The translations under genes were made by a program, and so were the position numbers. The notes under the pieces were generated by a model. That model did no database searches, was not told the DNA's origin, and saw nothing but the letters and a program-made list of their open reading frames with translations. From a virus (Duplodnaviria; Caudoviricetes): a stretch of 64,000 nt of DNA. This document shows positions 46,038 through 55,902 of this stretch, in pieces (position 1 is the stretch's first letter; each line of letters opens with the position of its first letter). The stretch is from IMG/VR virus record IMGVR_UViG_2857429247_000001, positions 1 to 64,000 of that record, one strand, 5' to 3'.

Positions 46038-49000
46038 ATGACCGCCTCGCCCAGCCCCTCGAACGGCGCCGGCAGCCGCCTGGCGCGCGGACTGCGTGCG
46101 ATGCTCGATCAGGGAAGCCAGCTCAATCTGTTCGGGATGTTTGGGGCGGCGGCGCCGGCACCCGAGACCCATCCCGCCAAGGTCGGGCCCGTGTCGGAGC
46201 CGATCACCGCCGCGCCGTTCTATCTCGACGAGGACCGGGCGCTGCCCACATCGTGGAAGGGGAGGGCGCGCGACAACCTCTACGCCATCGAGCTCTCGGC
46301 CGAGATCGTGGCGGCGGGCCGGCCGGCCACGCGGGTGGAGCAGGAGCGCCTGATCCGGTTCACGGGCTTCGGCGCCTCCGACCTCGCCAACGGCGCGTTC
46401 AGGCGCCCGGGCGAGTCGCGTTATCGCGCCGGGTGGGAGGAGATCGGCGCGGAACTGGAGGCGCTCACCAGCCCCGAGGAGCACGCCGCTCTGGCCCAGG
46501 GCACCCAATATGCCCACTTCACGCCCGAGGGCATCGTGCGGGCGATCTGGGCGGCCCTGACGCGCTTCGGCTTCGCCGGCGGGCGCGTCCTCGAGCCGGG
46601 CATCGGCACCGGCCTGTTCCCGGCCCTGATGCCGGCGCAGCTGCACGGCAACGTCCAGATCTTGGGCATCGAGGCGGATCCGGTCACGGCCCGCATCGCC
46701 ACCCTTCTGCGGCCGGACGCCGAGATCCGCGCGGAGGACTTCGCCACCACGCGCCTGCGCGGCGGCTTCGCGCTGGCCATCGGCAATCCGCCCTACTCGA
46801 CGCGGGTGGTGCGCACCGATCCCGCCTACCGGGCGCTCGGCCTGCGCCTGCACGACTATTTCATCTGCAAGGCCGTCGACGCCCTGGCGCCCGGCGGCTT
46901 CGCGGCGTTCGTCACCAGCCAGGGGACGATGGACAAGGCCGAGACCGGCGTGCGCGCGCGGCTCGCCGAGCGGTGCGATCTCCTCGGCGCGATCCGGCTG
47001 CCCGAGGGCGCGTTCAGCGCCACGGCCGGAACCGAGGTCGGCACCGACATCCTGTTCCTGCGCCGCCGCCGCGCGGGGGAGGGGGCCTCCGACGTCGCGT
47101 GGATCGAGACCGAGTCGGCGAACATCGCCCGGGCCGAGCACATCGAGGTCAACCGCTACTTCCTCGACAACCCCGACATGGTGCTGGGCGCCCACGTCGT
47201 GGCGTCCGGGCCGTTCGGGCCGGCCTATGCCTGCCGGGCGATCCCGGGCCTCGACCTCGACGCCGGACTCGCCCGCGCGGTCGCGCTGCTGCCCGCCGAC
47301 CTCGGTGCGCCCGACGCGGAGGAGGAGGGCGAGGCGCCGGCCGCCGAGGCCGTGACGATCTCTTCGGGCCAGAACGAGCGCCTGCGCGAGGGCTCGTTCT
47401 TCGTCGTGGACGACCGCCTGATGCAGGTGATCGACGGCGAGGCGGTCGCGGTGGCGATCAAGGGCAAAGGGACGTCTCTCGCCGGCGGCATCTTCCCGAA
47501 GCACGCGCGGATCATCCGCGACCTCATCCCGATCCGCGACAGCGTGCGGGCGATCCTGGCGCTTCAGGAGAGGCGCGAGCCCTCGTCCGAGGAACAGGCG
47601 CGGCTCGGCGCCCTCTACGACGCGTTCGTCGCGCGGCACGGCTGGATCAACGCGACGACCGTACAGGTGCGCGAGGCGGACGGGGAGGGCGCCCGCACCG
47701 AGACGCACCGCCAGCCGAACCTCGCGCCGTTCCGAGACGATCCCGATTGCTGGCTCGTCGCCTCGATCGAGGATTACGACCTCGAGAGCGACACCGCGAC
47801 CAAGGGCCTGATCTTCCACGGCACCGTGATCGCCCCCGAGCCGCCGGCCGAGATCCGCACCGCGGCCGACGCTCTGGCGCGCTGCCTGCACGACACGGGG
47901 CATGTCGACGTCGACGAGATCGCGCGCCTGCTCGGCCGAACCCGCGCTGCGGCGCTCGACGAACTCGGCCCGGCGCTGTTTCGCGATCCCGAGACCGACC
48001 AGTGGGAGACCGCCGACGCTTACCTGTCGGGGAAGGTGCGAGACAAGCTCGCGGCGGCCATCGGCGCCGCCGACCTCGACCCCAGCTTCCGCCGCAACGT
48101 CGAGGCGCTGGAACTGGTCCAGCCCACCGACATCCCGCCCTCAGACATCACCGCGCGCCTGGGCCAGCCCTGGATCCCGGTCGACGTGATCGAGCGGTTT
48201 CTCGCCGACATGATCCGCGTCCGCAGCCCGGTCCGCCACTATCCGGAAGCGGCGACCTGGGCGGTGAACGAATACGCTTTCGCCTACTGCCCCGAGGCGG
48301 ATCTCCGCTGGGGGACGCACCGCTACGGCGTCGGCAAGCTCGTCCTCGACGCGCTGAACTCCCGCACGCCGCAGATCTTCGACACCGCCTTCGTCGACGG
48401 CCGTGAAACCCGCGAACTGAACGTGCAGGAGACCGAGGCGGCCAAGGAGAAGCTGCAGAACCTGAAAGGCGCCTTCGAGTCCTGGGTCTGGCGCGATCCG
48501 GAGCGGGCCGACCGGCTGTCGCGGCTCTACAACGACACCTTCAACAACCTCGTGGCGCGCCGCTTCGACGGCTCGCACCTGACGCTCCCGGGCTCCTCGG
48601 CCTCGGTGAGCCTGCGCCCGCACCAGAAGCGCGCGATCTGGCGCATGGTGGCGGCCGGTGGCACCTATCTCGCCCACGCGGTCGGCGCGGGTAAGTCCTG
48701 GACCATCGCCGGCGCCATCATGGAGCAGCGCCGCCTGGGCCTGATCTCCAAGGCGATCGTGGCGGTCCCCGGCCACTGCCTCGCGCAGTTCGCCCGCGAG
48801 TTCCTGCACCTCTATCCCCGTGCTCGGATCCTGGTCGCCGACGAGAACAACTTCGCCCGGGACAAGCGCCGCCGCTTCCTCGCCCGCGCGGCCACCGGCG
48901 ATTGGGACGCGATCATCATCACCCACTCGGCGTTCCGGTTCATTGGCCTGCCCGCCGCCTTCGAGCGGCAGATGCTCGAGGAGATGATCGACGAGCACGT

Positions 49001-51149
49001 CGCATTGATCGCGACGGTGGATTGGTCGGACCGGCTCACCATCAAGCAGCTGGAGCGCAAGAAGGAGGCGCTGCGCGACCGGCTGAAGGCGATCAAGCTG
49101 CGCCGCGACGACTTCATGACCTTGGGCGAGATCGGGATCGATCAGATCTACGTCGACGAGGCCCAGGAATTCCGTCGCCTCGCGTTCAGCACGAACCAAT
49201 CCAACCTGAAGGGCATCGACTCGGAGGGCTCCCAGATGGCCTGGGACCTGTTCGCCAAGGCGCGCTACCTGCGCCGGCGCCGCTCCGCGCTGGGCCTCGA
49301 CCACGGCATCGACCGGGCGCTGAACCTCGCCTCCGGCACCCCGATCACCAACACGATCGGCGAGATGTTCACCCTGCAGCGGTTCATGGATCCGGACGGG
49401 CTCGCCGAGCGCGCGCTCCAAGAGTTCGACGCCTGGGCCGCGTCCTTCGGCGAGACCCGCACCGAGCTCGAGTTGCAGCCCTCGGGCCGCTACAAGCAGG
49501 TAACGCGCTTCGCCGAGTTCGTGAATGTGCCGGAGCTGATCAGCCAGTTCCGCGCCTTCGCCGACGTGGTCTCGGCCGAGGACCTGCGCCAGCTCGTGCA
49601 GAGGCCCGACATCGCCGGCGGCAAGCGGCGGATCATCACCGCCCCGGCGACCGAGGCGTTCCGCGGGTATCAGCGCCACCTCGACGAGCGGATCAAGGCG
49701 ATCGAGGCGCGCTCGGGCCGGCCGAAGCCTGGGGACGACATCATCCTGTCGGTGATCGGCGACGGGCGCCACGCCGCGATGGATCTGCGCCTCGTGCTCC
49801 CAGGCCATCCCGACGAGCCGGAGAACAAGCTCAACCGGCTGGTGGCCGAGGTGCACCGCATCCACCTCGCGCACGCCGCGCAGGTCTACCGGCAGCCGGA
49901 CGGCTCGCCCTATGAGCGCCCCGGCGCGAGCCAGATGGTGTTTTCCGACCTCGGCACGCTCAACGCCGAAGCGCGCCGCGGCTTCTCGGCCTATCGCTGG
50001 ATCAAGGGCCGCCTCGTGCAACTCGGCGTGCCGGCCTCCGAGATCGCCTTCGTGCAGGACTACAAGGGCAGCCAGGCCAAGGCCCGACTCTTCGCCGACA
50101 TGCGCGCCGGGAAGGTGCGCATCGTCATCGGCTCGACCAAGAAGATGGGCACGGGCGTGAACGCGCAGAACCGCATGGTGGCGCTGCATCACCTCGACGT
50201 GCCGTGGCTGCCCTCCGACATCGAGCAGCGCGAGGGGCGGATCGACCGCCAGGGCAATCAGAACCCGGTGATCGAGATCCTCGCCTACGCCACCGAGGGC
50301 TCGATGGACGCCACCATGTGGCAGACGAACGAGCGCAAGGCCCGGTTCATCGCGGCCGCGCTCTCCGGCGACCGCTCGATCCGGCGCCTGGAGGATGTCG
50401 GCGAGGGCTCGGCCGATCAGTTCGCGATGGCCAAGGCGATCGCGAGCGGCGATCCGCGCCTGATGCAGAAGGCCGGCCTCGAGGCGGAGATCTCGCGGCT
50501 CGTGCGACTGCGCGACGCCCACCAAGACGAGCAACACTCCCTGCGCGCCCGGGTGCGGACCGCCGAGCGGGCGATCGCCGAGAACACCGCGGCCGCCGCA
50601 GCCCACCGCGCCGACATCGCCCGGCGCGAGCCGGCTGGGGAGGGGTTCCGGGCGGTCGTCGGTGGCCTCACCTTCACCGACCGCACCGAGGCGGGCCGGG
50701 CGCTGCTCAAGGCGCTGCGCGATCTCGAGTTCAAGGTCGCCAATGGCCGGCCCGGTCGTGACCATCGGCGCGACCAGGACGTGGCGGTGGTGCGCGGCTT
50801 CACGGTCCACCACTGGTCGGCCCTGGAGCGGCTCGGCAAGGACAAGGACGTCGCGGTCGGCGAGATCGAGGTGATGATGTCCCATCGCCCGATCAGCCTG
50901 CGGGGCAGCAGCGTGACGCCCGGCGCCGTGCTGTTCGACCAGATCGCCGAGGTGATCGACGGCCTCGACGGCCGGCTGTCGGCGGCCGAGCGGCGCATCG
51001 AGGCGGCGCAGGCCGAGATCGCCCGCGTCCGGCCGATGATCGGCCGGACCTTCGATCTCGAGGGCGAGCTCGTCGAGAAGCGCACGCGGCTTGCCGAGAT
51101 CACCGCGGCGCTGGCGAGCGACGACGTCGAAGAGGCGCGCGCGGCCTGA
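46038..51149 (+). CDS. DarB-like DNA methylase/SF2 helicase fusion
   Basis: VLEPGIGTG and GNPPY MTase motifs; AHAVGAGKS, VDEAQ, ASGTP, GTGVNAQ, EQREGRIDRQGN helicase motifs; 1703 aa. Confidence 0.9.
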   Translation: MTASPSPSNGAGSRLARGLRAMLDQGSQLNLFGMFGAAAPAPETHPAKVGPVSEPITAAPFYLDEDRALPTSWKGRARDNLYAIELSAEIVAAGRPATRVEQERLIRFTGFGASDLANGAFRRPGESRYRAGWEEIGAELEALTSPEEHAALAQGTQYAHFTPEGIVRAIWAALTRFGFAGGRVLEPGIGTGLFPALMPAQLHGNVQILGIEADPVTARIATLLRPDAEIRAEDFATTRLRGGFALAIGNPPYSTRVVRTDPAYRALGLRLHDYFICKAVDALAPGGFAAFVTSQGTMDKAETGVRARLAERCDLLGAIRLPEGAFSATAGTEVGTDILFLRRRRAGEGASDVAWIETESANIARAEHIEVNRYFLDNPDMVLGAHVVASGPFGPAYACRAIPGLDLDAGLARAVALLPADLGAPDAEEEGEAPAAEAVTISSGQNERLREGSFFVVDDRLMQVIDGEAVAVAIKGKGTSLAGGIFPKHARIIRDLIPIRDSVRAILALQERREPSSEEQARLGALYDAFVARHGWINATTVQVREADGEGARTETHRQPNLAPFRDDPDCWLVASIEDYDLESDTATKGLIFHGTVIAPEPPAEIRTAADALARCLHDTGHVDVDEIARLLGRTRAAALDELGPALFRDPETDQWETADAYLSGKVRDKLAAAIGAADLDPSFRRNVEALELVQPTDIPPSDITARLGQPWIPVDVIERFLADMIRVRSPVRHYPEAATWAVNEYAFAYCPEADLRWGTHRYGVGKLVLDALNSRTPQIFDTAFVDGRETRELNVQETEAAKEKLQNLKGAFESWVWRDPERADRLSRLYNDTFNNLVARRFDGSHLTLPGSSASVSLRPHQKRAIWRMVAAGGTYLAHAVGAGKSWTIAGAIMEQRRLGLISKAIVAVPGHCLAQFAREFLHLYPRARILVADENNFARDKRRRFLARAATGDWDAIIITHSAFRFIGLPAAFERQMLEEMIDEHVALIATVDWSDRLTIKQLERKKEALRDRLKAIKLRRDDFMTLGEIGIDQIYVDEAQEFRRLAFSTNQSNLKGIDSEGSQMAWDLFAKARYLRRRRSALGLDHGIDRALNLASGTPITNTIGEMFTLQRFMDPDGLAERALQEFDAWAASFGETRTELELQPSGRYKQVTRFAEFVNVPELISQFRAFADVVSAEDLRQLVQRPDIAGGKRRIITAPATEAFRGYQRHLDERIKAIEARSGRPKPGDDIILSVIGDGRHAAMDLRLVLPGHPDEPENKLNRLVAEVHRIHLAHAAQVYRQPDGSPYERPGASQMVFSDLGTLNAEARRGFSAYRWIKGRLVQLGVPASEIAFVQDYKGSQAKARLFADMRAGKVRIVIGSTKKMGTGVNAQNRMVALHHLDVPWLPSDIEQREGRIDRQGNQNPVIEILAYATEGSMDATMWQTNERKARFIAAALSGDRSIRRLEDVGEGSADQFAMAKAIASGDPRLMQKAGLEAEISRLVRLRDAHQDEQHSLRARVRTAERAIAENTAAAAAHRADIARREPAGEGFRAVVGGLTFTDRTEAGRALLKALRDLEFKVANGRPGRDHRRDQDVAVVRGFTVHHWSALERLGKDKDVAVGEIEVMMSHRPISLRGSSVTPGAVLFDQIAEVIDGLDGRLSAAERRIEAAQAEIARVRPMIGRTFDLEGELVEKRTRLAEITAALASDDVEEARAA

Positions 51150-51152
51150 CAG

Positions 51153-51192
51153 TTCACGGGTCGAGCCCTGAACGCCTCGACCCGTGAAAAAG
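51153..51192. repeat. 8-bp-period array forming a 13-bp inverted repeat (possible terminator)
   Basis: TTCACGGGTCGAG-ccctgaacgc-CTCGACCCGTGAA. Confidence 0.65.
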
Positions 51193-51216
51193 ATACGCCC
51201 ACCCTCATTTTCCCTA

Positions 51217-51245
51217 GTGCCTTATCCAAGCGGCTTGGATAGAAA
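51217..51245 (+). promoter_or_regulatory. Promoter with perfect operator copy
   Basis: GTGCCT-17bp-TAGAAA; TATCCAAGCGGCTTGGATA at 51223-51241, identical to 25375-25393. Confidence 0.8.
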
Positions 51246-51293
51246 AGGACATCGGCACCGGGGCAGCGCCCCACTCCCCAGGGAGACACCACC

Positions 51294-51869
51294 ATGAGCA
51301 ACCGCGGCCCCCTCGCCTGGACCACCACCGTCCTCCGCAGCCTCAAGGACGACCGCGCGGTCCGCGCCGACGTGCGCGAGCAGCGTCTCTCCGGCGGCCG
51401 GTTCAGCTGGCGCGGCGTCTCGAACCGCCGCTTCGTCACCACCCTCAAGCCGCGCGAACTGATGCCCCTCGGCTCGGTCGTCCTGGCTGTCTCCCGCAAC
51501 GAGGTCGGACTCGCCTCCCTGGTCGCGGTCGCCGCCTTCGAGGGCGACGCGGCCGCCTTCCTCGCCTTCCGCGCCCAGGCCCACGCCGCCGGCGCCTGCG
51601 AGCTGCAGATCCACACCCTGGCCGACACCGCCGCCGACCGCGCCGCGATGGTCGCCGACCTGCTCCCCGGCGCGAAGCTGAAGGTCATCGCCGCGCCCGC
51701 GCCGGCCGCCACCGCCGCCTACGACCGCAAGGCGATCATGGCCGCCGCCTGCGCCGCCGCGAAGGCCCGGCGCGCCGAGACCGGGGAGGCCTGGACCGCC
51801 TGCCTCGGACCGGCGCTCAAGGCCGCTTGGAGCGAGGCGCGCGCCGCCCGCGCCGCCGCCCAGCACTGA
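51294..51869 (+). CDS. Hypothetical protein
   Basis: GGGAG RBS; strong GC3 bias; YDRKAIM...LKAAW C-terminus. Confidence 0.7.
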   Translation: MSNRGPLAWTTTVLRSLKDDRAVRADVREQRLSGGRFSWRGVSNRRFVTTLKPRELMPLGSVVLAVSRNEVGLASLVAVAAFEGDAAAFLAFRAQAHAAGACELQIHTLADTAADRAAMVADLLPGAKLKVIAAPAPAATAAYDRKAIMAAACAAAKARRAETGEAWTACLGPALKAAWSEARAARAAAQH

Positions 51870-51878
51870 GGATCCACG

Positions 51879-52226
51879 ATGCCCGCCCTCCAGCTCAGCT
51901 CCCACGCGGCCGTGCGGCGGCCGTCCGGCTGCATCGTGATCGCCTTCTCGCACGACGGGCGGGCCGAACCGCTGGGGCGGCGCATCGTGGCGGTCCGGAC
52001 GGCCGCGGAGGCGCGCCGCGCCTTCGACGCCTACGCGGCGGAGCTGCGCGCCACCGGCGCCAGCGCCCGGGCCGAGGGCGATCTCCTGCCCGGCGAGCGG
52101 GCGCCGCGCGGCTTCCGCGCCCTGGACCTGCGCACTTATGTGAACCTCGCCGCCTCGGCCGAGGCCGACGCGTTCACGCGTGAAGGCGTGGACCCGTCGA
52201 TAGCTGATCTGGAGGGCCCGTTCTGA
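51879..52226 (+). CDS. Hypothetical protein
   Basis: GAGG RBS; TGATG coupling. Confidence 0.6.
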   Translation: MPALQLSSHAAVRRPSGCIVIAFSHDGRAEPLGRRIVAVRTAAEARRAFDAYAAELRATGASARAEGDLLPGERAPRGFRALDLRTYVNLAASAEADAFTREGVDPSIADLEGPF

Positions 52227-52732
52227 TGGGCGCGCCATTCGTCCTGCCCGCCGGTGCGGGCCTTGAGATCCCCGCGCCCTTCGCGCTGCCCGATTTCGAC
52301 CCGTTCGACCCGAACACCTTCCCAGAGGAGTCGCCGGACGACGCGTGCTTCATCAGCCTGTCGAACGACCACGACCTCCACGCAATCGTGGACCGGCAGG
52401 ACTTCGCGTGGGCGAGGGCGCTCACGTGGTGCCACACCTACGGCTCGGGCGAGTTCGTCGAGCTCTTCCCGGACTACTGGGTCAGCCCGCGGCCGGATCA
52501 CATCTACGCCCGCAACTGCGCCGGCGGCACGACGCGCTGGCTGCACCGCGAGATCCTGATCCGGGCCGAGGGCAAGCCCCGGTTCGCGCGCGCCGTGGGC
52601 GACCATAAGAACGGCAACACCCTGGACTGCCGCCGCCGGAACCTGCGCTGGGCGACCCCCTCGCAGAACGCGCGCAACACCCCGCGCTCGGCCGTCCGCA
52701 AGCGCTTCCTCAAGCAGATGGGGCTCCGATGA
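52226..52732 (+). CDS. HNH endonuclease
   Basis: AIVD..D, LHREI, DHKNGNTLDCRRRNLRWAT..QN. Confidence 0.85.
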   Translation: MGAPFVLPAGAGLEIPAPFALPDFDPFDPNTFPEESPDDACFISLSNDHDLHAIVDRQDFAWARALTWCHTYGSGEFVELFPDYWVSPRPDHIYARNCAGGTTRWLHREILIRAEGKPRFARAVGDHKNGNTLDCRRRNLRWATPSQNARNTPRSAVRKRFLKQMGLR

Positions 52733-53586
52733 TCGACACCTCCACGCTCAAGCCCGTCCAGCGCGACCATTTCCCGAATTATGCGGGCGTCAAGGACATC
52801 GACGACGCCCTGGCGGCCGAGCTGGAGGCGGCCGGCATCACGGTTCACCGGTTCGGCTTCCTCAAGGACGGTCGGCGCGAGGTCGACACCGAGGTAGTGG
52901 GCGATCTCCACGGCTGGGGCTTCCGGCGCGCCTGGTACTATTGGGTCGCCGAAGGTCCTGGCATCGAGTTGGCCGCCGCCGAGAAGCTGCACGCCGCCCA
53001 TGGGCAGCATGTTCGCGTGAACGGCCACTGCGGCTGCCCCAGCCCGCGCGAGCAGTTCAACGGCTTGGCCGTCGGCTCCTACCACGTCGACCGGCCGTCC
53101 GGGTTGAAGGCCCTCGCCGACACGATCCGCGAACTCGTCGAGCGCGCCGCGTCCCCTGCGGGGCCTCGGGACGGAAGCTTTCAGGCGCGCAACGCCGCCT
53201 GGATGGCGAAGGCCTTCGAGGGCGATGCGACCGATCTGGCCGAGCGGGTGGCCCGGTTCGGCGAGGAGTCGCTGGAGCTTCAGCAGGCGCTCGGCCTGAC
53301 GCGCGAGGATGCGCACCGGCTCGTCGACTATGTCTTCGACCGGCCGACCGGCTCACCGGCCACGGAGTTCGGCCAGGCGCATTCGACGCTGGTGCTCCTC
53401 GCCGCCTTCACCGGCCACGACCTGCAGGCCTGCGGGGAAGCTGAACTGGTCCGCGTGTCCACGCCCGAGTTCATCGCGAAGCTGCGGGGCAAGCGAGCGA
53501 CCCGACATGGGCGCGGCCCCCTGCCGGGCTTCTCGGCGCCGGGCACGAGCGGGCCGACAGCCCCTGTGGAGGCGGATCGTGGGTGA
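52729..53586 (+). CDS. Two-domain protein with C-terminal MazG-like domain
   Basis: ERVARFGEESLELQQA...LVDYVFDRP.G...EFG. Confidence 0.55.
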   Translation: MIDTSTLKPVQRDHFPNYAGVKDIDDALAAELEAAGITVHRFGFLKDGRREVDTEVVGDLHGWGFRRAWYYWVAEGPGIELAAAEKLHAAHGQHVRVNGHCGCPSPREQFNGLAVGSYHVDRPSGLKALADTIRELVERAASPAGPRDGSFQARNAAWMAKAFEGDATDLAERVARFGEESLELQQALGLTREDAHRLVDYVFDRPTGSPATEFGQAHSTLVLLAAFTGHDLQACGEAELVRVSTPEFIAKLRGKRATRHGRGPLPGFSAPGTSGPTAPVEADRG

Positions 53587-53983
53587 GGCGCGCTTCTTCG
53601 TCGTCGACTTCCGTAAGGAATGGACCCGGCAGCCGTACATCACGCTCTGGGGGCCTGACAGCCGCGGCTACAACTGGTCGCTGTCGCACGCCGGCCGGTA
53701 CACCGCCGAGGAACTGGACCGCTCGGCCGGCTATCACACGCGGCGCCGGTACGTCGCCAGCCGGGGCGCCTACGTCGGCCCGTGGGAGCGCTTCGGCGTG
53801 CCCTGCGAGGTTCTGGAGCGCCTTGGCTCCGAGCCCGACACCGAGGGCCGCTGGCGCCTCGAAAATGGCGGTCGCCCCATCGTCCGCAACTCGGCTGCTG
53901 TCCGCAAGCTGCTGACCGCCAAGCGCTACGTGCCGAAGCCCGCCGAAGCCAATCCCCACCCCTTGAGCGGAGGGAACGCATGA
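53579..53983 (+). CDS. Hypothetical protein
   Basis: ITLWGPDSRGY..SL..AGRY; coupled overlaps. Confidence 0.6.
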   Translation: MGEARFFVVDFRKEWTRQPYITLWGPDSRGYNWSLSHAGRYTAEELDRSAGYHTRRRYVASRGAYVGPWERFGVPCEVLERLGSEPDTEGRWRLENGGRPIVRNSAAVRKLLTAKRYVPKPAEANPHPLSGGNA

Positions 53984-54531
53984 GCGCGGTCATCTCACCC
54001 TGCGGACTGTACCGCTACCGGCTGGAGCGGAGCATCGGAGGCTTCCTGGCCGGGCCGACCGTGGCCTGGATCATGGTCAACCCGTCGACCGCCGACGCCG
54101 AGACGGATGACGCGACGATCCGGAAGGTGATCGGCTTCTCCGAGCGCCTTGGGTTCGGCGACATCGTGGTCGGCAACCTGTTCGCCTTCCGGGCAACGGA
54201 CATCCGAGAACTGCGGACCGCTGCTGACCCCATCGGCCCGTTCGGAGGGGACTACCTTCGCGCGATCATGCGCGGGGCCGAGAAGGTGATCGTCGCCTGG
54301 GGGCCGTGCGCGAAGTTGCCTCGTTGGCTGCGCAGCCGCTGGATGGAAGTCGCCGGCATCGCAGAGGCGAATAGCATCCCGCTTTGGTGCCTCGGCACGG
54401 CGCAGGACGGACATCCGCTGCACCCGCTGATGCTCGGTTACGAGCGCCGGCTGAGCCTCTGGCAGCGGCCCGACCAAGCCTCCGCGCCCACCCCTTCCCC
54501 CGACCCGGCGAGCGGCGAGGCGGCGGTATGA
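53980..54531 (+). CDS. DUF1643 domain protein
   Basis: ISPCGLYRY.L, IMVNPSTAD..DD.TIR, NLFAFRAT, AWG, HPL. Confidence 0.9.
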   Translation: MSAVISPCGLYRYRLERSIGGFLAGPTVAWIMVNPSTADAETDDATIRKVIGFSERLGFGDIVVGNLFAFRATDIRELRTAADPIGPFGGDYLRAIMRGAEKVIVAWGPCAKLPRWLRSRWMEVAGIAEANSIPLWCLGTAQDGHPLHPLMLGYERRLSLWQRPDQASAPTPSPDPASGEAAV

Positions 54532-54896
54532 TGACCCCTTTCATCAGCCCATGGCCAGCGCATGTCCCTCACATCGGCGGCATCCGTATCGTCGCCAGCG
54601 AGGCCATGCCGACAGACACGGTCGAAGACTGGTCACAGGTGCGCTCGCCATCGCGGGCGGCCCGACGGCAACGCCAGGGGCATCGCCAGCGGATCATCTA
54701 TCGGCAGGTGCCTAGGCGCGAAATCCTGCACATGCCGGCGCAGAACCTGCTGTTCATGCACCCAGTCGTGTTGCGCGAGTTCCAAGCGGCGCTGAAGCGG
54801 CGCGAGGCGACCAACGACTATTGGGCCGCGGTGAAGAAGGCGCTTCTGGACGTCGGGTGCCGGCAAGCCGCTGCCAGCATGGGAGGCTCACGATGA
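54528..54896 (+). CDS. Hypothetical protein
   Basis: EDWSQVRSPSRAARR; ATGA coupling. Confidence 0.6.
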   Translation: MMTPFISPWPAHVPHIGGIRIVASEAMPTDTVEDWSQVRSPSRAARRQRQGHRQRIIYRQVPRREILHMPAQNLLFMHPVVLREFQAALKRREATNDYWAAVKKALLDVGCRQAAASMGGSR

Positions 54897-54966
54897 GCTT
54901 CGACCCTCCATCCCTTGCCCTTGCCGCCCTCCTCGGCGCGCTCGCGATCACTGCGGGAGACCGTTC

Positions 54967-55218
54967 ATGAACGACGCCTTCACCTTGCTGTGGCGCTGGA
55001 TCGTCGGACCGCGCCTCTACCGGCTCCAATTCTTCATGCGCTCCGGCAACCAGTTCATCCTGGACGGCGTCGAGAGCTACGAGATCGAGAACCGAGGCGA
55101 CGAGATCTTCCGACTGCACCTGAAGCAGAAAGGGAGCCGCAATCGGCTGCTCGTGAAGACGATCGCTCTCGCTCAGATTGAAGCGATTGTGGTCCTGTCC
55201 GGAAAGACCCCGGCATGA
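54967..55218 (+). CDS. Hypothetical protein
   Basis: GGGAG RBS, 83 aa. Confidence 0.55.
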   Translation: MNDAFTLLWRWIVGPRLYRLQFFMRSGNQFILDGVESYEIENRGDEIFRLHLKQKGSRNRLLVKTIALAQIEAIVVLSGKTPA

Positions 55219-55373
55219 CCGTGACCGCCTCCCTCGCCCTGGCCACCGGTCTGCTCGCCTACGCCGCCGCATCAGGTGCTTTCGTTGGCCACCTCTTGGC
55301 CCCGCCTATCCGCGCAGCCGGTCAACGACGGACGTGGGGACGGGGACTGATCCGAAATCCGAACCGATAGGAG

Positions 55374-55847
55374 ATGACGATGCTGAGTGCAGTCGAGCAA
55401 GCCGCCGCAGAGGCGATCTACACCGCGCTGGAGGAGCGCCACACACTGACGCCGGAGGAGCAGGCGCTGAAGCCGTCCGAGCTGGCAGCCCGCCGTGCTC
55501 TGGCTGCCGCTGCAACGGCACAGGCGAGCACCGAGGCTGGCGATGGCTGGTCCTGGGCGGTCATTGAGGTCATGGGCCACCGCCGCCACGTCGGCCGCGT
55601 CCGCGAAGAGATGCGCTACGGCGTGCCCATGGTCCGGGTGGACGTGCCGATTGACGGCGATCCCGAGGCCAAGGGCTGGCTGACCCACTTCTATCCTGGC
55701 TCCGCGCTCTTCGGCGAGACGCCGTGCACCCGAGACGCCGCGCTGAAGGCGAACAAGCCCTATGAGCGCCCTGCGCAGCTCACTCTTCCTGCTCGGTACG
55801 CGGACGCAGACAGCGATCTCGGCGACGATCCCGACATGCCGCTCTGA
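55374..55847 (+). CDS. Hypothetical phage protein
   Basis: WAVIEVMGHRRHVGRV...RVDVP...FY.GSALF..TP. Confidence 0.65.
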   Translation: MTMLSAVEQAAAEAIYTALEERHTLTPEEQALKPSELAARRALAAAATAQASTEAGDGWSWAVIEVMGHRRHVGRVREEMRYGVPMVRVDVPIDGDPEAKGWLTHFYPGSALFGETPCTRDAALKANKPYERPAQLTLPARYADADSDLGDDPDMPL

Positions 55848-55902
55848 CCGCCTTCCCGACCACACCCGCACCCATACCGCGAGAACAGAGGAGCCCTGAG
55901 CT

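Noticed and set aside
48141-50885. 914-aa and 642-aa (45975-47903) - strand ORFs
   Set aside because: Antisense shadows of the DarB-like gene
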